From the NCBI GenBank assembly GCA_024278345.1, contig JAJRTK010000277.1:3612-67611 (forward strand): 64,000 nt of DNA, given 5' to 3'. How positions within the stretch are numbered: position 1 is the stretch's first letter; every line of letters begins with the position of its first letter. The notes under the pieces were generated by a model. That model was not told the DNA's origin, did not search any database, and saw only the letters and a program-made list of their open reading frames with translations. A program made the translations under genes and the position numbers. Of this stretch, positions 1-9,250 are shown piece after piece. This stretch comes from a bacterium (GTDB lineage: Bacteria; CSSED10-310; JAJRTK01).

Positions 1-1
1 T

Positions 2-54
2 GGGTTGACTTCCGCTCACGTCGCTCACGTCCGTTGCACGCCGCTCGCCCATGA
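2..54. repeat. Dispersed repeat R2, copy 1: GGGTTG..TTCCGCTCACGTC(G)CTCACGTCCGT..CGCCGCTCGCCC. The window start may truncate it. It lies 135 nt upstream of the FadL-like gene.
   Basis: Near-identical ~50-nt copy at 59300-59354 (about 45 of 53 positions). It contains a tandem direct repeat of CTCACGTC with 10-bp periodicity. Confidence 0.6.
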
Positions 55-188
55 TCGCCGTCTGGACAGAGCCCCTGTCCGGCAGGCGCTATCCCGATGC
101 CAAGATGGAACCCGGATCGGCGGTGGCTCCACTTTTTTGCGGAAGCCGAGATTGACAGAAGTTGGTTGTTGGCTGAAAAGTTGAGGTT

Positions 189-1550
189 ATGAAGGTTTGC
201 CTCTCCAAGTTCACCGCGCGGGCCGGTTTGTCTGGTGCGATGCTTATTGCAGCGTGGGTAGCGGCTATTTCATTCTGTTCCCCTCGAGCCGAAGCAAGCG
301 GCTTTTTCTTTCCCCAGGTGGGGGCGAGAGCCGCGGGGATGGGATCGAATTTCGTGGCCCTTGCCGATGACGCCTCGGCGATTTTTCACAACCCCGCCGG
401 GCTGATCAACGTGCCGGACAAGAGCCTGTACGGGAGCCTCAGCCTGCTGGTGCCCAGCGTGACCTACACGCGCCACGACGGGCCAGTGGTCTTTGAACCA
501 GTCAAATCGCGGAATCCGTTGACTCCAGTCCCCTACCTTGGTTTTTCCCGGCGCTCCGAGACAGGTCGCTATGCCACCGGCGCCGCGATCTACGGTGCCT
601 GGGGCACGGTCCTCCACTACCCGGAGAAGGGCCCGCAACGTTATCAGGTGCAAAACCAGTTCTTCATGGTGCTTCACGCCACCGCGGCAGCGGCCTATCG
701 GCTGACGCCGAGCCTTTCCGTGGGCGGACAGGCCTCCTTCATCTATTCGAAGCTCGATTTCCGGCGGAGCATCGACGCACGGGATCTTGTGGGACTGCCG
801 GAGCTGATTCAGCCGGGCTTTGACGATCCTGAATTCGAGGCCGTCATCGATTTTGGGACATCGGGGACCGGTTTTGGCGGGGGCCTGGGCCTGTTGTGGG
901 AACCGAGCCGAGCCTTCAGGCTGGGGATTTTCGGGACCCTTCCCACCACGGTTGCCATGTCGGGCTCCGCTGTGGCGGATATTTCCGAGATCCTCTTGCT
1001 CCGGACAATTCTTGGGGAAACCTTCGACACGCGGGCGGAGCTGGATCTTTATTTGCCGGCTGTGGTTCGGGCGGGACTCCTGGTGCGGCCCACCTTGGGG
1101 ATCAAGTTTACAGCGGATCTGGTATGGGTGGATTGGAGCCGGGTCAAGCGGCAAGTCCTGGTTCTGGAGAGTATTCCCGGCATCCCCGAGATCACCCTCA
1201 TCAGGAACTGGTCGGACGGCTGGACCGTGGGAGCGGGAGTGGAATGGTCGGCGCCCAGAGGGTTGGAAATCAGAGCGGGTTGGTTCTACGAACCGTCCGT
1301 CGTTCCGAGCTCGACGATTCTCTTGGATGGCCCGGATGCCGATAAGCACGGGCTGGCGCTTGGAATCACACTCCCTTTTGGCCCAAGGCTACTGCTGGAT
1401 CTCACCGGAGAATGGCGAATCTTTTCCGAGGTCGTGGCGGAAGACTCCGTCTACGATACGCTTGATCCGGAGGTCATCGGCGTCAATTCCAACGGCGTCT
1501 ATGGAGTGGGAGTCATTGCGGTTAGCACGGGAATCCGCTATCGATTCTGA
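189..1550 (+). CDS. FadL/OmpP1/TodX-family outer-membrane transporter of hydrophobic compounds or long-chain fatty acids.
   Basis: N-terminal signal peptide (…AAWVAAISFCSPRAEA). FadL-type motif AGMGSNFVALADDASAIFHNPAGL. Glycine-rich beta-strand pattern and C-terminal aromatic residue (…GIRYRF). GAGG ribosome-binding site before the ATG. Confidence 0.75.
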   Translation: MKVCLSKFTARAGLSGAMLIAAWVAAISFCSPRAEASGFFFPQVGARAAGMGSNFVALADDASAIFHNPAGLINVPDKSLYGSLSLLVPSVTYTRHDGPVVFEPVKSRNPLTPVPYLGFSRRSETGRYATGAAIYGAWGTVLHYPEKGPQRYQVQNQFFMVLHATAAAAYRLTPSLSVGGQASFIYSKLDFRRSIDARDLVGLPELIQPGFDDPEFEAVIDFGTSGTGFGGGLGLLWEPSRAFRLGIFGTLPTTVAMSGSAVADISEILLLRTILGETFDTRAELDLYLPAVVRAGLLVRPTLGIKFTADLVWVDWSRVKRQVLVLESIPGIPEITLIRNWSDGWTVGAGVEWSAPRGLEIRAGWFYEPSVVPSSTILLDGPDADKHGLALGITLPFGPRLLLDLTGEWRIFSEVVAEDSVYDTLDPEVIGVNSNGVYGVGVIAVSTGIRYRF

Positions 1551-1630
1551 GAAAATCAGCGCCAAACAGGGCGCTACGATGTCTGGCCCGAAGTCTTTGG
1601 CGAGATCTTCGAGCCCCACACACGGGGGAA

Positions 1631-2425
1631 TTGCCAGTGGAATTCCATAATCTCGTCCGCGAAAACATGGAGGGCATCACCCTCTTGACCATCAATCGGC
1701 CCAAGGTCTACAACGCCTTGAACTTCCAGACCCTGAAGGAACTGGACCGGGCCTTTACCGAGCTGGGAGAAGCGGCCCAGACCCGGGCGGTAATCCTCAC
1801 CGGTGCCGGGAGCAAGAGTTTCGTGGCTGGCGCCGATATCTCCGAGCTGGCCAAGCTTTCGGGAAACGCCTTGAAAGGCAAACGATACGCGGCCCAAGGC
1901 CGCGCCGTGATGGATCGGATTGCGGCCATGTCGAAGCCGGTGATTGCCGCCATCGGCGGCTTCGCCCTGGGTGGCGGTTGTGAGCTGGCCCTGGCCTGCA
2001 CCCTTCGCGTGGCTTCAAAGAGCGCCAAGATCGGGCTTCCCGAAGTGGGGCTCGGAATCTTGCCCGGTTTTGGCGGCACGCAGCGCCTCCCCCGCCTCGT
2101 GGGCCGCGGAGTCGCCCTGGACCTCCTGCTCACCGGACGCCATGTAGGAGCTGACGAAGCCCTGGAGATGGGGCTGGTCAACCGGGTGGTGGAACCAGAC
2201 GAGCTGATTCCCGCCGCAAGGGAGCTGGCCGAAACGATCTTGAAAAATGCGCCACTTTCCATCGAAGCTTGCCTGGAAGCTGTCAACCGTGGACTCGATC
2301 TGGACTCCGAGGCTGCTGGCGAGGTAGAATCGGATCTTTTCGGTCTGCTCTGCGGAACAGCGGACATGGAGGAGGGAATGCGAGCGTTTCTGGACAAGAG
2401 ACGCGCCGCCTTTCAAGGATGTTAG
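1631..2425 (+). CDS. Enoyl-CoA hydratase/isomerase (crotonase superfamily).
   Basis: Crotonase fold signatures: ITLLTINRPKVYNALN, AVILTGAGSKSFVAGADISE, KPVIAAIGGFALGGGCELALACTLRVA and GLPEVGLGILPGFGGTQRL. Confidence 0.85.
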   Translation: MPVEFHNLVRENMEGITLLTINRPKVYNALNFQTLKELDRAFTELGEAAQTRAVILTGAGSKSFVAGADISELAKLSGNALKGKRYAAQGRAVMDRIAAMSKPVIAAIGGFALGGGCELALACTLRVASKSAKIGLPEVGLGILPGFGGTQRLPRLVGRGVALDLLLTGRHVGADEALEMGLVNRVVEPDELIPAARELAETILKNAPLSIEACLEAVNRGLDLDSEAAGEVESDLFGLLCGTADMEEGMRAFLDKRRAAFQGC

Positions 2426-2673
2426 ACTGGGAGTTCTCATTAGGGATCGTGACGCGGCGGGCTGAGACGCGGGCCCACCAAGGAGAGGCGCTCACCGGCG
2501 GTGCCCGTGGCCGATTTCAACCCACCCGCTGGCTCAATGGAAAGGACTCCCCACAAGGAAGCCGGTGGGACGATGGAGCAGCCGCGACGAACTCGTGATA
2601 AGGGCTCCGGATTAGAGAATGTCAGGTGAACCAGTGCCCGGTTTTTTGCCCGTGCGCTCCCCACAGGAGGTCG

Positions 2674-3939
2674 ATGAAAATGGAAGCGACTCCTTCCATG
2701 AGCCAGCTCATCCACGATTGGAATAGGGAACAACCCGACATTGACAAGCCCTCGCGGCCTGTCTGCCTGGACGACGAAACCCTTCGGGACGGACTTCAAA
2801 GCCCCTCTGTACGAGATCCCGAGATCGAGGAGAAACTGGAACTCTTGCACCTTATGGCCGAGGTTGGCATCGATTCGGCCAATCTTGGGCTTCCCGGCGC
2901 GGGACCGCGAGCAAAAGAAGATGTGCGGCGACTCATCCGAGAAATCCGAGACCAAAAGCTTCCCATTTCCCCCAATTGCGCGGCGCGGACACTCCAGGTC
3001 GATATCGAGCCCATTGTGGAGATAAGCTCCACCGCCGGAACCCCCATCGAGGCATCACTCTTCATTGGTTCGTCGCCCATCCGGCTTTTTGCCGAAGGTT
3101 GGACCTTGGACGATTTGCTCCGGCACTCCCGGGCGGCCATTGACTTCGCCGTAAAAAACGGGCTGCCGGTCATGTACGTGACAGAAGATACCACGCGGGC
3201 TGCGCCCGAGGTCGTGGAGCGTCTGTACCGGAATGCCGTGGAATGTGGAGCGCGGCGGGTCTGTATCGCCGACACGGTCGGCCATGCCACACCAGCGGGA
3301 ACTCGGGCGCTGGTGCGCTTCGTCCGGAACGTCGTGGACCAAACAGGTGAAGAGGTCAAGGTCGATTGGCACGGACACCAGGACCGGGGGCTTGGGCTGA
3401 TCAACTCTTTGACCGCCCTGGCCGCGGGAGCTGATCGGGTCCACGGCTGCGCCCTGGGTGTGGTAGAGCGCGTAGGCAACACCCCCATGGACCTGTTACT
3501 CATCAATCTCAAACTGCTTGGCTGGATCGACCACGATCTGTCGAAACTCAAGAACTACGTGGCTACGGCAAGCCGCATCTGTGATTGGCCGGTGCCGAAG
3601 AACTATCCAGTTTTCGGCCTCGACGCATTCCGCACGGCGACCGGAGTCCACGCCGCGGCTATCATCAAGGCTCAAAACAAGGGCGATGCATGGTTGGCGG
3701 ATCGGGTTTATTCCGGCGTGCCAGCCGGCATGGTAGGGTTGTGCCAGGCCATTGAAATCGGCAACATGAGCGGCCTCTCCAATGTGCTCTACTGGCTGGA
3801 ACAACGTGGAGTTGAGCCTGACAAGGATCTTGCGCGAGAAATCCTGCGCCATGCGAAAAAAGGCTCCCGAGTTCTATCGGACAAGGAGATTTGGGAGGTG
3901 ATCGGGAGCCACCGGGACGACATCAAGGCAGGCACTTGA
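2674..3939 (+). CDS. DRE-TIM metallolyase: HMG-CoA-lyase / 2-isopropylmalate-synthase / citramalate-synthase-like pyruvate carboxyltransferase-domain protein.
   Basis: N-terminal TLRDGLQS motif (HMGL/LeuA signature), metal-binding HGHQDRGLG…ALAAGADRVHG…GERVGNTPMD, and a perfect AGGAGG ribosome-binding site 4 nt before the ATG at 2674. At 421 aa it is larger than classical HMGL, so the exact enzyme is unresolved. Confidence 0.65.
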   Translation: MKMEATPSMSQLIHDWNREQPDIDKPSRPVCLDDETLRDGLQSPSVRDPEIEEKLELLHLMAEVGIDSANLGLPGAGPRAKEDVRRLIREIRDQKLPISPNCAARTLQVDIEPIVEISSTAGTPIEASLFIGSSPIRLFAEGWTLDDLLRHSRAAIDFAVKNGLPVMYVTEDTTRAAPEVVERLYRNAVECGARRVCIADTVGHATPAGTRALVRFVRNVVDQTGEEVKVDWHGHQDRGLGLINSLTALAAGADRVHGCALGVVERVGNTPMDLLLINLKLLGWIDHDLSKLKNYVATASRICDWPVPKNYPVFGLDAFRTATGVHAAAIIKAQNKGDAWLADRVYSGVPAGMVGLCQAIEIGNMSGLSNVLYWLEQRGVEPDKDLAREILRHAKKGSRVLSDKEIWEVIGSHRDDIKAGT

Positions 3940-3956
3940 TTCAACAGATTCTAGGG

Positions 3957-4631
3957 ATGGAGGATGAACTTGGAATGTTTCGTAAACCGGGCCACGGCTG
4001 GAGCCTTCAGGAGACTGCCGTTCTCTCTCTTCTCTTACTGATTGGGAACATGATGAAAAACTTACTCGACCGAGTGAAGGAAAAGGGCGAGGAGCAGTTT
4101 CAACACCTGACCTCGGAAATCTTGGGGAACGAACGGCTCATGAATGCCGTGGAAACCGTTCTCAACACGAAGGGCTACTTCGAGCGCAAGGTCGGCGTTG
4201 TACTCAACACCATGAATCTCGCTTCCCGGGTGGATGTCGATGAAATCAATGGGACACTCAAAGCCCAAGAGCGGCGGTTGAAGCAGCTCACGAAGAAACT
4301 CGAGCTGATGAACCGCAAACTGGGAGAGTGGATGGCGAAAAACGAAGACCTGGCTGGAGCCGTCATGGCAGCCAATCGCCGCGTCGAAGCATTGACCGTT
4401 GAGCTTGCTTCGGCGAAAGCCAAGCCGGTCACGGCCTCCAAAAGGAAGCGCTCGCCAGCCAAGAAAACCAAGGGCCGCTCCACTGCCAAGAGGCCCAAAC
4501 AAGGCAGTCTAGCCAAATCCACCGCCACTTCCAGAGAAATGGAAGAAATGTGTCCTGTCTGCCATAAGCGTTTCCGCAAGAAAACCTACAACCAACGCTA
4601 TTGCAGTGCGAAGTGCCGGACAGCGGGATAG
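3957..4631 (+). CDS. Phasin-family (PHA-granule-associated protein-like) coiled-coil protein with a C-terminal C4 zinc ribbon.
   Basis: NLASRVDVDEINGTLKAQERRLKQLTKKLELMNRKL resembles the phasin-family NL(P/A)SR-DV(D/E) coiled-coil motif. Lys-rich linker (SKRKRSPAKKTKGRSTAKRPK). C-terminal CPVCHKRF…YCSAKCR motif (CxxC…CxxC). The start is chosen at the first in-frame ATG after the upstream stop. Confidence 0.5.
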   Translation: MEDELGMFRKPGHGWSLQETAVLSLLLLIGNMMKNLLDRVKEKGEEQFQHLTSEILGNERLMNAVETVLNTKGYFERKVGVVLNTMNLASRVDVDEINGTLKAQERRLKQLTKKLELMNRKLGEWMAKNEDLAGAVMAANRRVEALTVELASAKAKPVTASKRKRSPAKKTKGRSTAKRPKQGSLAKSTATSREMEEMCPVCHKRFRKKTYNQRYCSAKCRTAG

Positions 4632-4750
4632 CCAGTGACAACCGATGTTCCATCTGCTTACCCATGAGGCACGACCCGCCCACTCTGAGTCCACCGTTCG
4701 TTTCGGGTGGATCGTTCACCGTCGCGGCCTCTGCAGGATAGAGTCCCACC

Positions 4751-6139
4751 ATGCTCACGTGCTCACGCTGCGGACTAGACAATCCGGAAACGAGGCTGTT
4801 TTGCCAAAACTGTGGGTTGGGCCTGGAGATCGTGGAGGGCTCCGGAGTCAGCGGACGGGATGCGCCGGTGGGAGACTTCTATTTTGCCGGTCTCGTGGGC
4901 GGAGCCCTGAGCTTGCCCCTGTCAGGCGCTCTTTTCCTGGGACTGATGGAGTGGCTGAAAGCACCTGAAGACCCGGTGAGCGCGGCCCAAGTGTTGACTT
5001 TTTACCTGTCCAGGATCATGCCTCTATTGTTTGTTCTTGGCTGTGCGACTGGCACTGCCTGGCGAGCGAACCGACGGGGTTTTGGCGCCTCTTATGGCCG
5101 AAGCTTCCTTGGTGCAGCCTGGGTCTGGGCCTTGGGCTCCATGCTAGCCAGTTGGGGAGGCGAAATCGCCTTGCTGGCCGCTTGCCTTCTTTCGCCTCTT
5201 GCAGCGGGCCGGGCGGGAGTCGGCCTCTTTCGCCCATGGCTTCCCCTGAGTCGTTTGCTTTGGTTGACGGCTGGAACCGTGGCGGTCTCTGGTCTCCTCA
5301 GTTTGAAAAGCCCCTCTCTTTACAAGCCAAGCCTCCTGGATGGCGCGGGGAAAAAAATTCTCCTGGCCCATGGCGGAGAGGGCTGGGTCCTGCAGGCGGG
5401 AACCTCGCCCACACGCCTTGGCGCCCTGCCGGCAAACAGCATCGCGGTGGCTTGGATCGAGGGATCGCCCTGGGCGTTGACCACGGATTGTAGGCTCGTG
5501 GGGTTAGGCAATCCCAAGCGGGAAGAACAACATCTGTTTCAGTCTAACTGTTTGAAGGCTCTCCGGATCGGCGACGCCATTTTTGCCCAAACCGGCAAGG
5601 GAATCCTTCGGTGGAACCCGGCAGTAGGAAGCTCGGTACTCTGGGCAACGGAGAGGGGAGCAGTCTTGTGGATGCAGCCTGGGGAGCTTGCGGAAGATCT
5701 CTTGGTGCAGATCAATCGGAACGATATTCTCTCCGCGAACCCGGGCGGCAAAACCAAGATGTATCGGGGAGCAGCGCTTCCGCTCTCGGCAAGAACGGCC
5801 ATCAATCGTTCGGGAGATCAGGCTTGTTCGGTCATGGGGCAGAGTCTCTATTGCCACCACCTGCCGGGGGGGAGATGGGAGGAGCGAGGGACAGGGCTTC
5901 GGGTCCGGGAGATCCGCGGGATTGCGTTCCTTGGCGGGCAACTGGTGGTGGGCTCGGAACGGGGGCTCTACCTGGGGCAAGGAACAGCCAATCACCCGTT
6001 CCGGCGACAGATTGCCGATGAATTTATGGAGGTTCGTGCCATCGACGGCGGCGTAGTGGCCGTGGGTACTCTAGGAATGGTCCATCTCGATCCCAGGGGC
6101 CGATGGAACCAGCTAGATTATCCGAAAGGAGCGGAATGA
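4751..6139 (+). CDS. Hypothetical membrane protein with an N-terminal zinc-ribbon (CxxC…CxxC), about 4 TM helices and a C-terminal soluble domain.
   Basis: MLTCSRCGLDNPETRLFCQNCG zinc ribbon. Hydrophobic helices between residues 40 and 190. Glycine-rich C-terminal region. No recognisable catalytic motif. Confidence 0.45.
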   Translation: MLTCSRCGLDNPETRLFCQNCGLGLEIVEGSGVSGRDAPVGDFYFAGLVGGALSLPLSGALFLGLMEWLKAPEDPVSAAQVLTFYLSRIMPLLFVLGCATGTAWRANRRGFGASYGRSFLGAAWVWALGSMLASWGGEIALLAACLLSPLAAGRAGVGLFRPWLPLSRLLWLTAGTVAVSGLLSLKSPSLYKPSLLDGAGKKILLAHGGEGWVLQAGTSPTRLGALPANSIAVAWIEGSPWALTTDCRLVGLGNPKREEQHLFQSNCLKALRIGDAIFAQTGKGILRWNPAVGSSVLWATERGAVLWMQPGELAEDLLVQINRNDILSANPGGKTKMYRGAALPLSARTAINRSGDQACSVMGQSLYCHHLPGGRWEERGTGLRVREIRGIAFLGGQLVVGSERGLYLGQGTANHPFRRQIADEFMEVRAIDGGVVAVGTLGMVHLDPRGRWNQLDYPKGAE

Positions 6140-7191
6140 CTCTCTTGTGGACCGAAAAAAACTCCACGGCGGACATCCCAAGGAATGACCTTGTCAAAGT
6201 CCTGCTTTTTCCTCCTCATTTTGGACGATCCTTCACCGGCTGCCTCTTTTTCTTTTTGCTCTTCACAGCCTGTGGACTCTCCAAGCGGTCGCCACTGAGA
6301 TCTTTCCACCCCAAAGCAGAGCTTTTCCTGGAAAGCGCATCCGAAGGCGTCCCGTCACCAGACGGAAAATACCTGGCTTTTGTTCGGTCCTTGGGCGGGC
6401 GGGCATGGAATGCCGACCTCTTCTTGCTACAGAGAGAAACCGGCGAAATACAACGACTCACCAATAACCCCGACTATGACGGACAACCGAGTTGGGCACC
6501 AAATTCCGAGCTCTTGGTCTACACGTCACGCCGGGGCGGAACGTCGAACCTCTTCTTGCTCTCCATCATCGATGGTGCTTCGAAACAGCTCACCTGGGGC
6601 GGGGGAAGCCAGCCAGATTTTTCACCCGATGGCGTGAGCATTGTCTATGTGGGAGAAGCCGCGGGCAATGCCGATCTGTTTGTCACTTCACCACGAGGGG
6701 GGCTTTCTCAGCAGATCACGAAACATCCCGCAAAAGACCGGTTCCCTCGGTACAGCCCCAGTGGACGGTGGTTGGCTTTTTCCTCCGATCGCCTTGGCAC
6801 CGAGGATATTTTCCTTCTGGATCTCACAACAAAGAAGATGCGGCGACTCACGGACCTCCCGGGTTCCGAGGTCCAACCATGCTGGGCACCTGACTCCCGG
6901 ACCATCGTCTTTTCCGGCACCGTTCCAAGTCGGCGAGGGACACCGAAAAGAGCGCTTTTCTCCACAGAGCTGCCCACCGGCGATTCGCCGCCAGAACCCC
7001 ATCCGCTGACCCAGTGCATCGGCACCGTGTACTGTTTGGCCGAATGGCCGAGGTTTGGCGACGAAGGGGCGCGGCTCTTCTTCACCGTGTCTACGACCCC
7101 CGTGCAGACCCATATCGCAAGTATCGAGACAGTGGAATTCGGACTGGCTACAAGAACTCCGGCTCAAGGAGATCTAACCGGTGAAGAATGA
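6136..7191 (+). CDS. TolB-like beta-propeller (PD40/WD40-like repeat) lipoprotein.
   Basis: Lipobox LLFTACG. Repeated PD40-type motifs: SPDGKYLAFV, QPSWAPNSELLVYTS, QPDFSPDGVSIVYV, FPRYSPSGRWLAFSSDR, QPCWAPDSRTIVFSG. Start chosen at the ATG with an upstream AAGGAG. Confidence 0.7.
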   Translation: MTLLWTEKNSTADIPRNDLVKVLLFPPHFGRSFTGCLFFFLLFTACGLSKRSPLRSFHPKAELFLESASEGVPSPDGKYLAFVRSLGGRAWNADLFLLQRETGEIQRLTNNPDYDGQPSWAPNSELLVYTSRRGGTSNLFLLSIIDGASKQLTWGGGSQPDFSPDGVSIVYVGEAAGNADLFVTSPRGGLSQQITKHPAKDRFPRYSPSGRWLAFSSDRLGTEDIFLLDLTTKKMRRLTDLPGSEVQPCWAPDSRTIVFSGTVPSRRGTPKRALFSTELPTGDSPPEPHPLTQCIGTVYCLAEWPRFGDEGARLFFTVSTTPVQTHIASIETVEFGLATRTPAQGDLTGEE

Positions 7192-8965
7192 ACACCCCAA
7201 GCTCCCTTGGCCAGTACGCAACTGTCACGCCGGATTGAAAGACTCTGTTCTAGGGGACATCACAGGCTGGCTGATGCTCCTCGTCTTGGCAGGTGCCCTC
7301 TTCGCGAATCACCCTGCAACCGCGGGAAACAGGCACGCGACCGCATCCAAAAACTCGAGGATCGCGCAACTCGGAATGGCAAACGGTGGTACTGCCGTCC
7401 TGCCTGGAGTGCTCATGCGCCAAGCGGAGCAACCGGGCAACATCGATGGAGGGCGACGAAACCGGGCGGTGCAAACCGCAAACCCAATCCCCCATTTAGC
7501 GAGGGAAATGACAAAGGAACTTCTGGCGGCCTTTCCGGCGATCCAGGGGGAAGTCATCTCTGTGGACGGTGATCTGCTGGAGATCAGGGTCAAGGAGCCG
7601 GCGCGGCTCTGGACGCGACAGGTGGAGATTTACCGCTGCGAGCCCAAAGACCCCGACGGCCGCCCAACACTGGCCGACAAGATTGGCCAAGGCCGGATCA
7701 TCAGCCTTGACCCTCCACTGGCGTACGTGGAAGTAGCAGCACAAACCACAGACATTTTACCCGGAGATCCGATTCGTTCTCAGAGCGGCACCATCACTCT
7801 AGGAATACCACCCTTGAAAGCGGCCCGGGGAACACCCCGAACATTGCGGGAATTGCTGCTTACGCGAATTGTCCACGAATTGAGGACCACGGGCCGATTC
7901 CGTGCCAGTTTGCTCAAAGAGGACCTTTCCACCACCAACGGAGAGAACTCACACAGCTCTCTTGCCTGGCGAGGAGTCAACTATCTCCTCCACCTGCAGT
8001 ATGTCGAGCAGGGTGGAGAAGCAACCCTCCTGGGACGCCTCCAGCGGGTGGAGGATGGCCGCAATGTTCAAGTGGTGGCCGTAGAAGCATTTCTTGGCCC
8101 AAGCTGGCCGACACTCGTGGCAAGTCTGGAGGAAAGCGGACGAACACCTCGTCTCCAAGTCATCCACCGGCAAATCGATCTCGGTACTCGAATCGTAGCC
8201 TTGCGAATCGTGGAGAGAGCCGACTCTCCACAGCTCCTGGCCTTGAGCCGAAATGCCCTTCACGTCTTGTCAACATCCGGCGGGGGGATCCAAGAGGGCC
8301 AAACTTACCATTGGCCGGCAAGTATGGCCACAAAGCGGTACTCCAAGGACTACACTGGCGCTATCGTGCCGGTGAGCAAGAGCCGTATCCTCCTTGGGCA
8401 CACGTTGCTGGAACGGGGCCTGGCTCTCAACCCATCGACGGGAAAATTCCAGCAGCTTGGCGGTGAGATCAACCTTAGCGCATCACCGAACTGGCTTTGG
8501 GCAAGCTATTTTCGAGGTGGCAATACTTTTCGTTCGATCCGAGCCGGGGATCGCCCCCTTCCCCAGCCCGAAGCAGGACTGCGTTTTGCCAACTGGATAG
8601 CCCCCAACAAAGCTCTTGTGCAAGAACCTGACTACCGCTTGGCCCTCCTCGATCTCCGGACCGGCGAGCGGCGGACTTTTTCTGGCTCCGTGGGAGCTGG
8701 TGTTTCCCTTATCCGAAAACCGATTGTCGCGGTTGCGGTCACGGAGCCTCTGGCGGGAGAGGAGTTGCGGCAAGTGGGAGATCGCGTTTCGCTTTACCGG
8801 CTAGGAAGCCGAGGACTGGAACTGATTTGGCGTTCAAGCTCGATCTCTGGTCCTGTACGTGCCACAACGCTGGGGTGGGCAGGCAACCAGCTCCACCTTC
8901 TTGCGGCTGAGGAGCGTCCCCACGGCAGTCGCCTTCATCTTTACTCGGGAATCGGCTTCCCTTGA
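7181..8965 (+). CDS. Large secreted hypothetical protein.
   Basis: N-terminal signal-like hydrophobic stretch (LMLLVLAGALFANHPATAG). A 594-aa ORF with a coherent high-GC codon pattern. No recognised motif. Confidence 0.45.
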   Translation: MKNEHPKLPWPVRNCHAGLKDSVLGDITGWLMLLVLAGALFANHPATAGNRHATASKNSRIAQLGMANGGTAVLPGVLMRQAEQPGNIDGGRRNRAVQTANPIPHLAREMTKELLAAFPAIQGEVISVDGDLLEIRVKEPARLWTRQVEIYRCEPKDPDGRPTLADKIGQGRIISLDPPLAYVEVAAQTTDILPGDPIRSQSGTITLGIPPLKAARGTPRTLRELLLTRIVHELRTTGRFRASLLKEDLSTTNGENSHSSLAWRGVNYLLHLQYVEQGGEATLLGRLQRVEDGRNVQVVAVEAFLGPSWPTLVASLEESGRTPRLQVIHRQIDLGTRIVALRIVERADSPQLLALSRNALHVLSTSGGGIQEGQTYHWPASMATKRYSKDYTGAIVPVSKSRILLGHTLLERGLALNPSTGKFQQLGGEINLSASPNWLWASYFRGGNTFRSIRAGDRPLPQPEAGLRFANWIAPNKALVQEPDYRLALLDLRTGERRTFSGSVGAGVSLIRKPIVAVAVTEPLAGEELRQVGDRVSLYRLGSRGLELIWRSSSISGPVRATTLGWAGNQLHLLAAEERPHGSRLHLYSGIGFP

Positions 8966-9071
8966 TCCCGGCGCCCATGGGGTGGAAAAATTTTGTAACA
9001 GTGAGCGATCTGCGCTGTTCGCGGCGTGTTGGAGGAGTTATCCCAAAATCTCCAACAAGAAACTTGACGAC

Positions 9072-9092
9072 AACGCACTCAACTATTATATA
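9072..9092. promoter_or_regulatory. HAIR-like HspR operator: inverted repeat CTTGAcg-N7-ACTCAAc overlapping the dnaK promoter.
   Basis: Matches the HAIR consensus CTTGAGT-N7-ACTCAAG at 11 of 14 positions with exact spacing. It overlaps the -35 element and spacer of the predicted promoter. A MerR-family hspR-like gene lies downstream in the same operon. Confidence 0.6.
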
Positions 9093-9101
9093 GTAGCCAG
9101 A
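9073..9101 (+). promoter_or_regulatory. Sigma-70-type promoter for the dnaK operon: -35 TTGACG (9073-9078), 17-nt spacer, -10 TATATA (9096-9101).
   Basis: Canonical spacing. AT-rich -10 element inside an otherwise GC-rich intergenic region, 150 nt upstream of the dnaK ATG. Confidence 0.5.
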
Positions 9102-9250
9102 ACAATTCAAGACGGGGCCGGGTGAAAATCTCCTCGCTGAAGGAATTCATGGTTGGCTTGCGGCGACGAGACAAAAGAGCATGAAGTCGTGCAAGGAGGC
9201 TGACCCTAGCTCCCAGACACCGAACGTTCAAGCCTGGAGGCAAAGGCAAG

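Noticed and set aside
270-1349. A 359-aa ORF on the minus strand antisense to the FadL-like gene.
   Set aside because: It is a typical high-GC shadow ORF. Its composition is Arg/Pro/Gly-rich with no motifs, while the sense-strand gene has clear FadL signatures.
8966-9250. A CIRCE element (TTAGCACTC-N9-GAGTGCTAA) upstream of dnaK.
   Set aside because: No match was found. The locus instead carries a HAIR-like element and an hspR-type gene.
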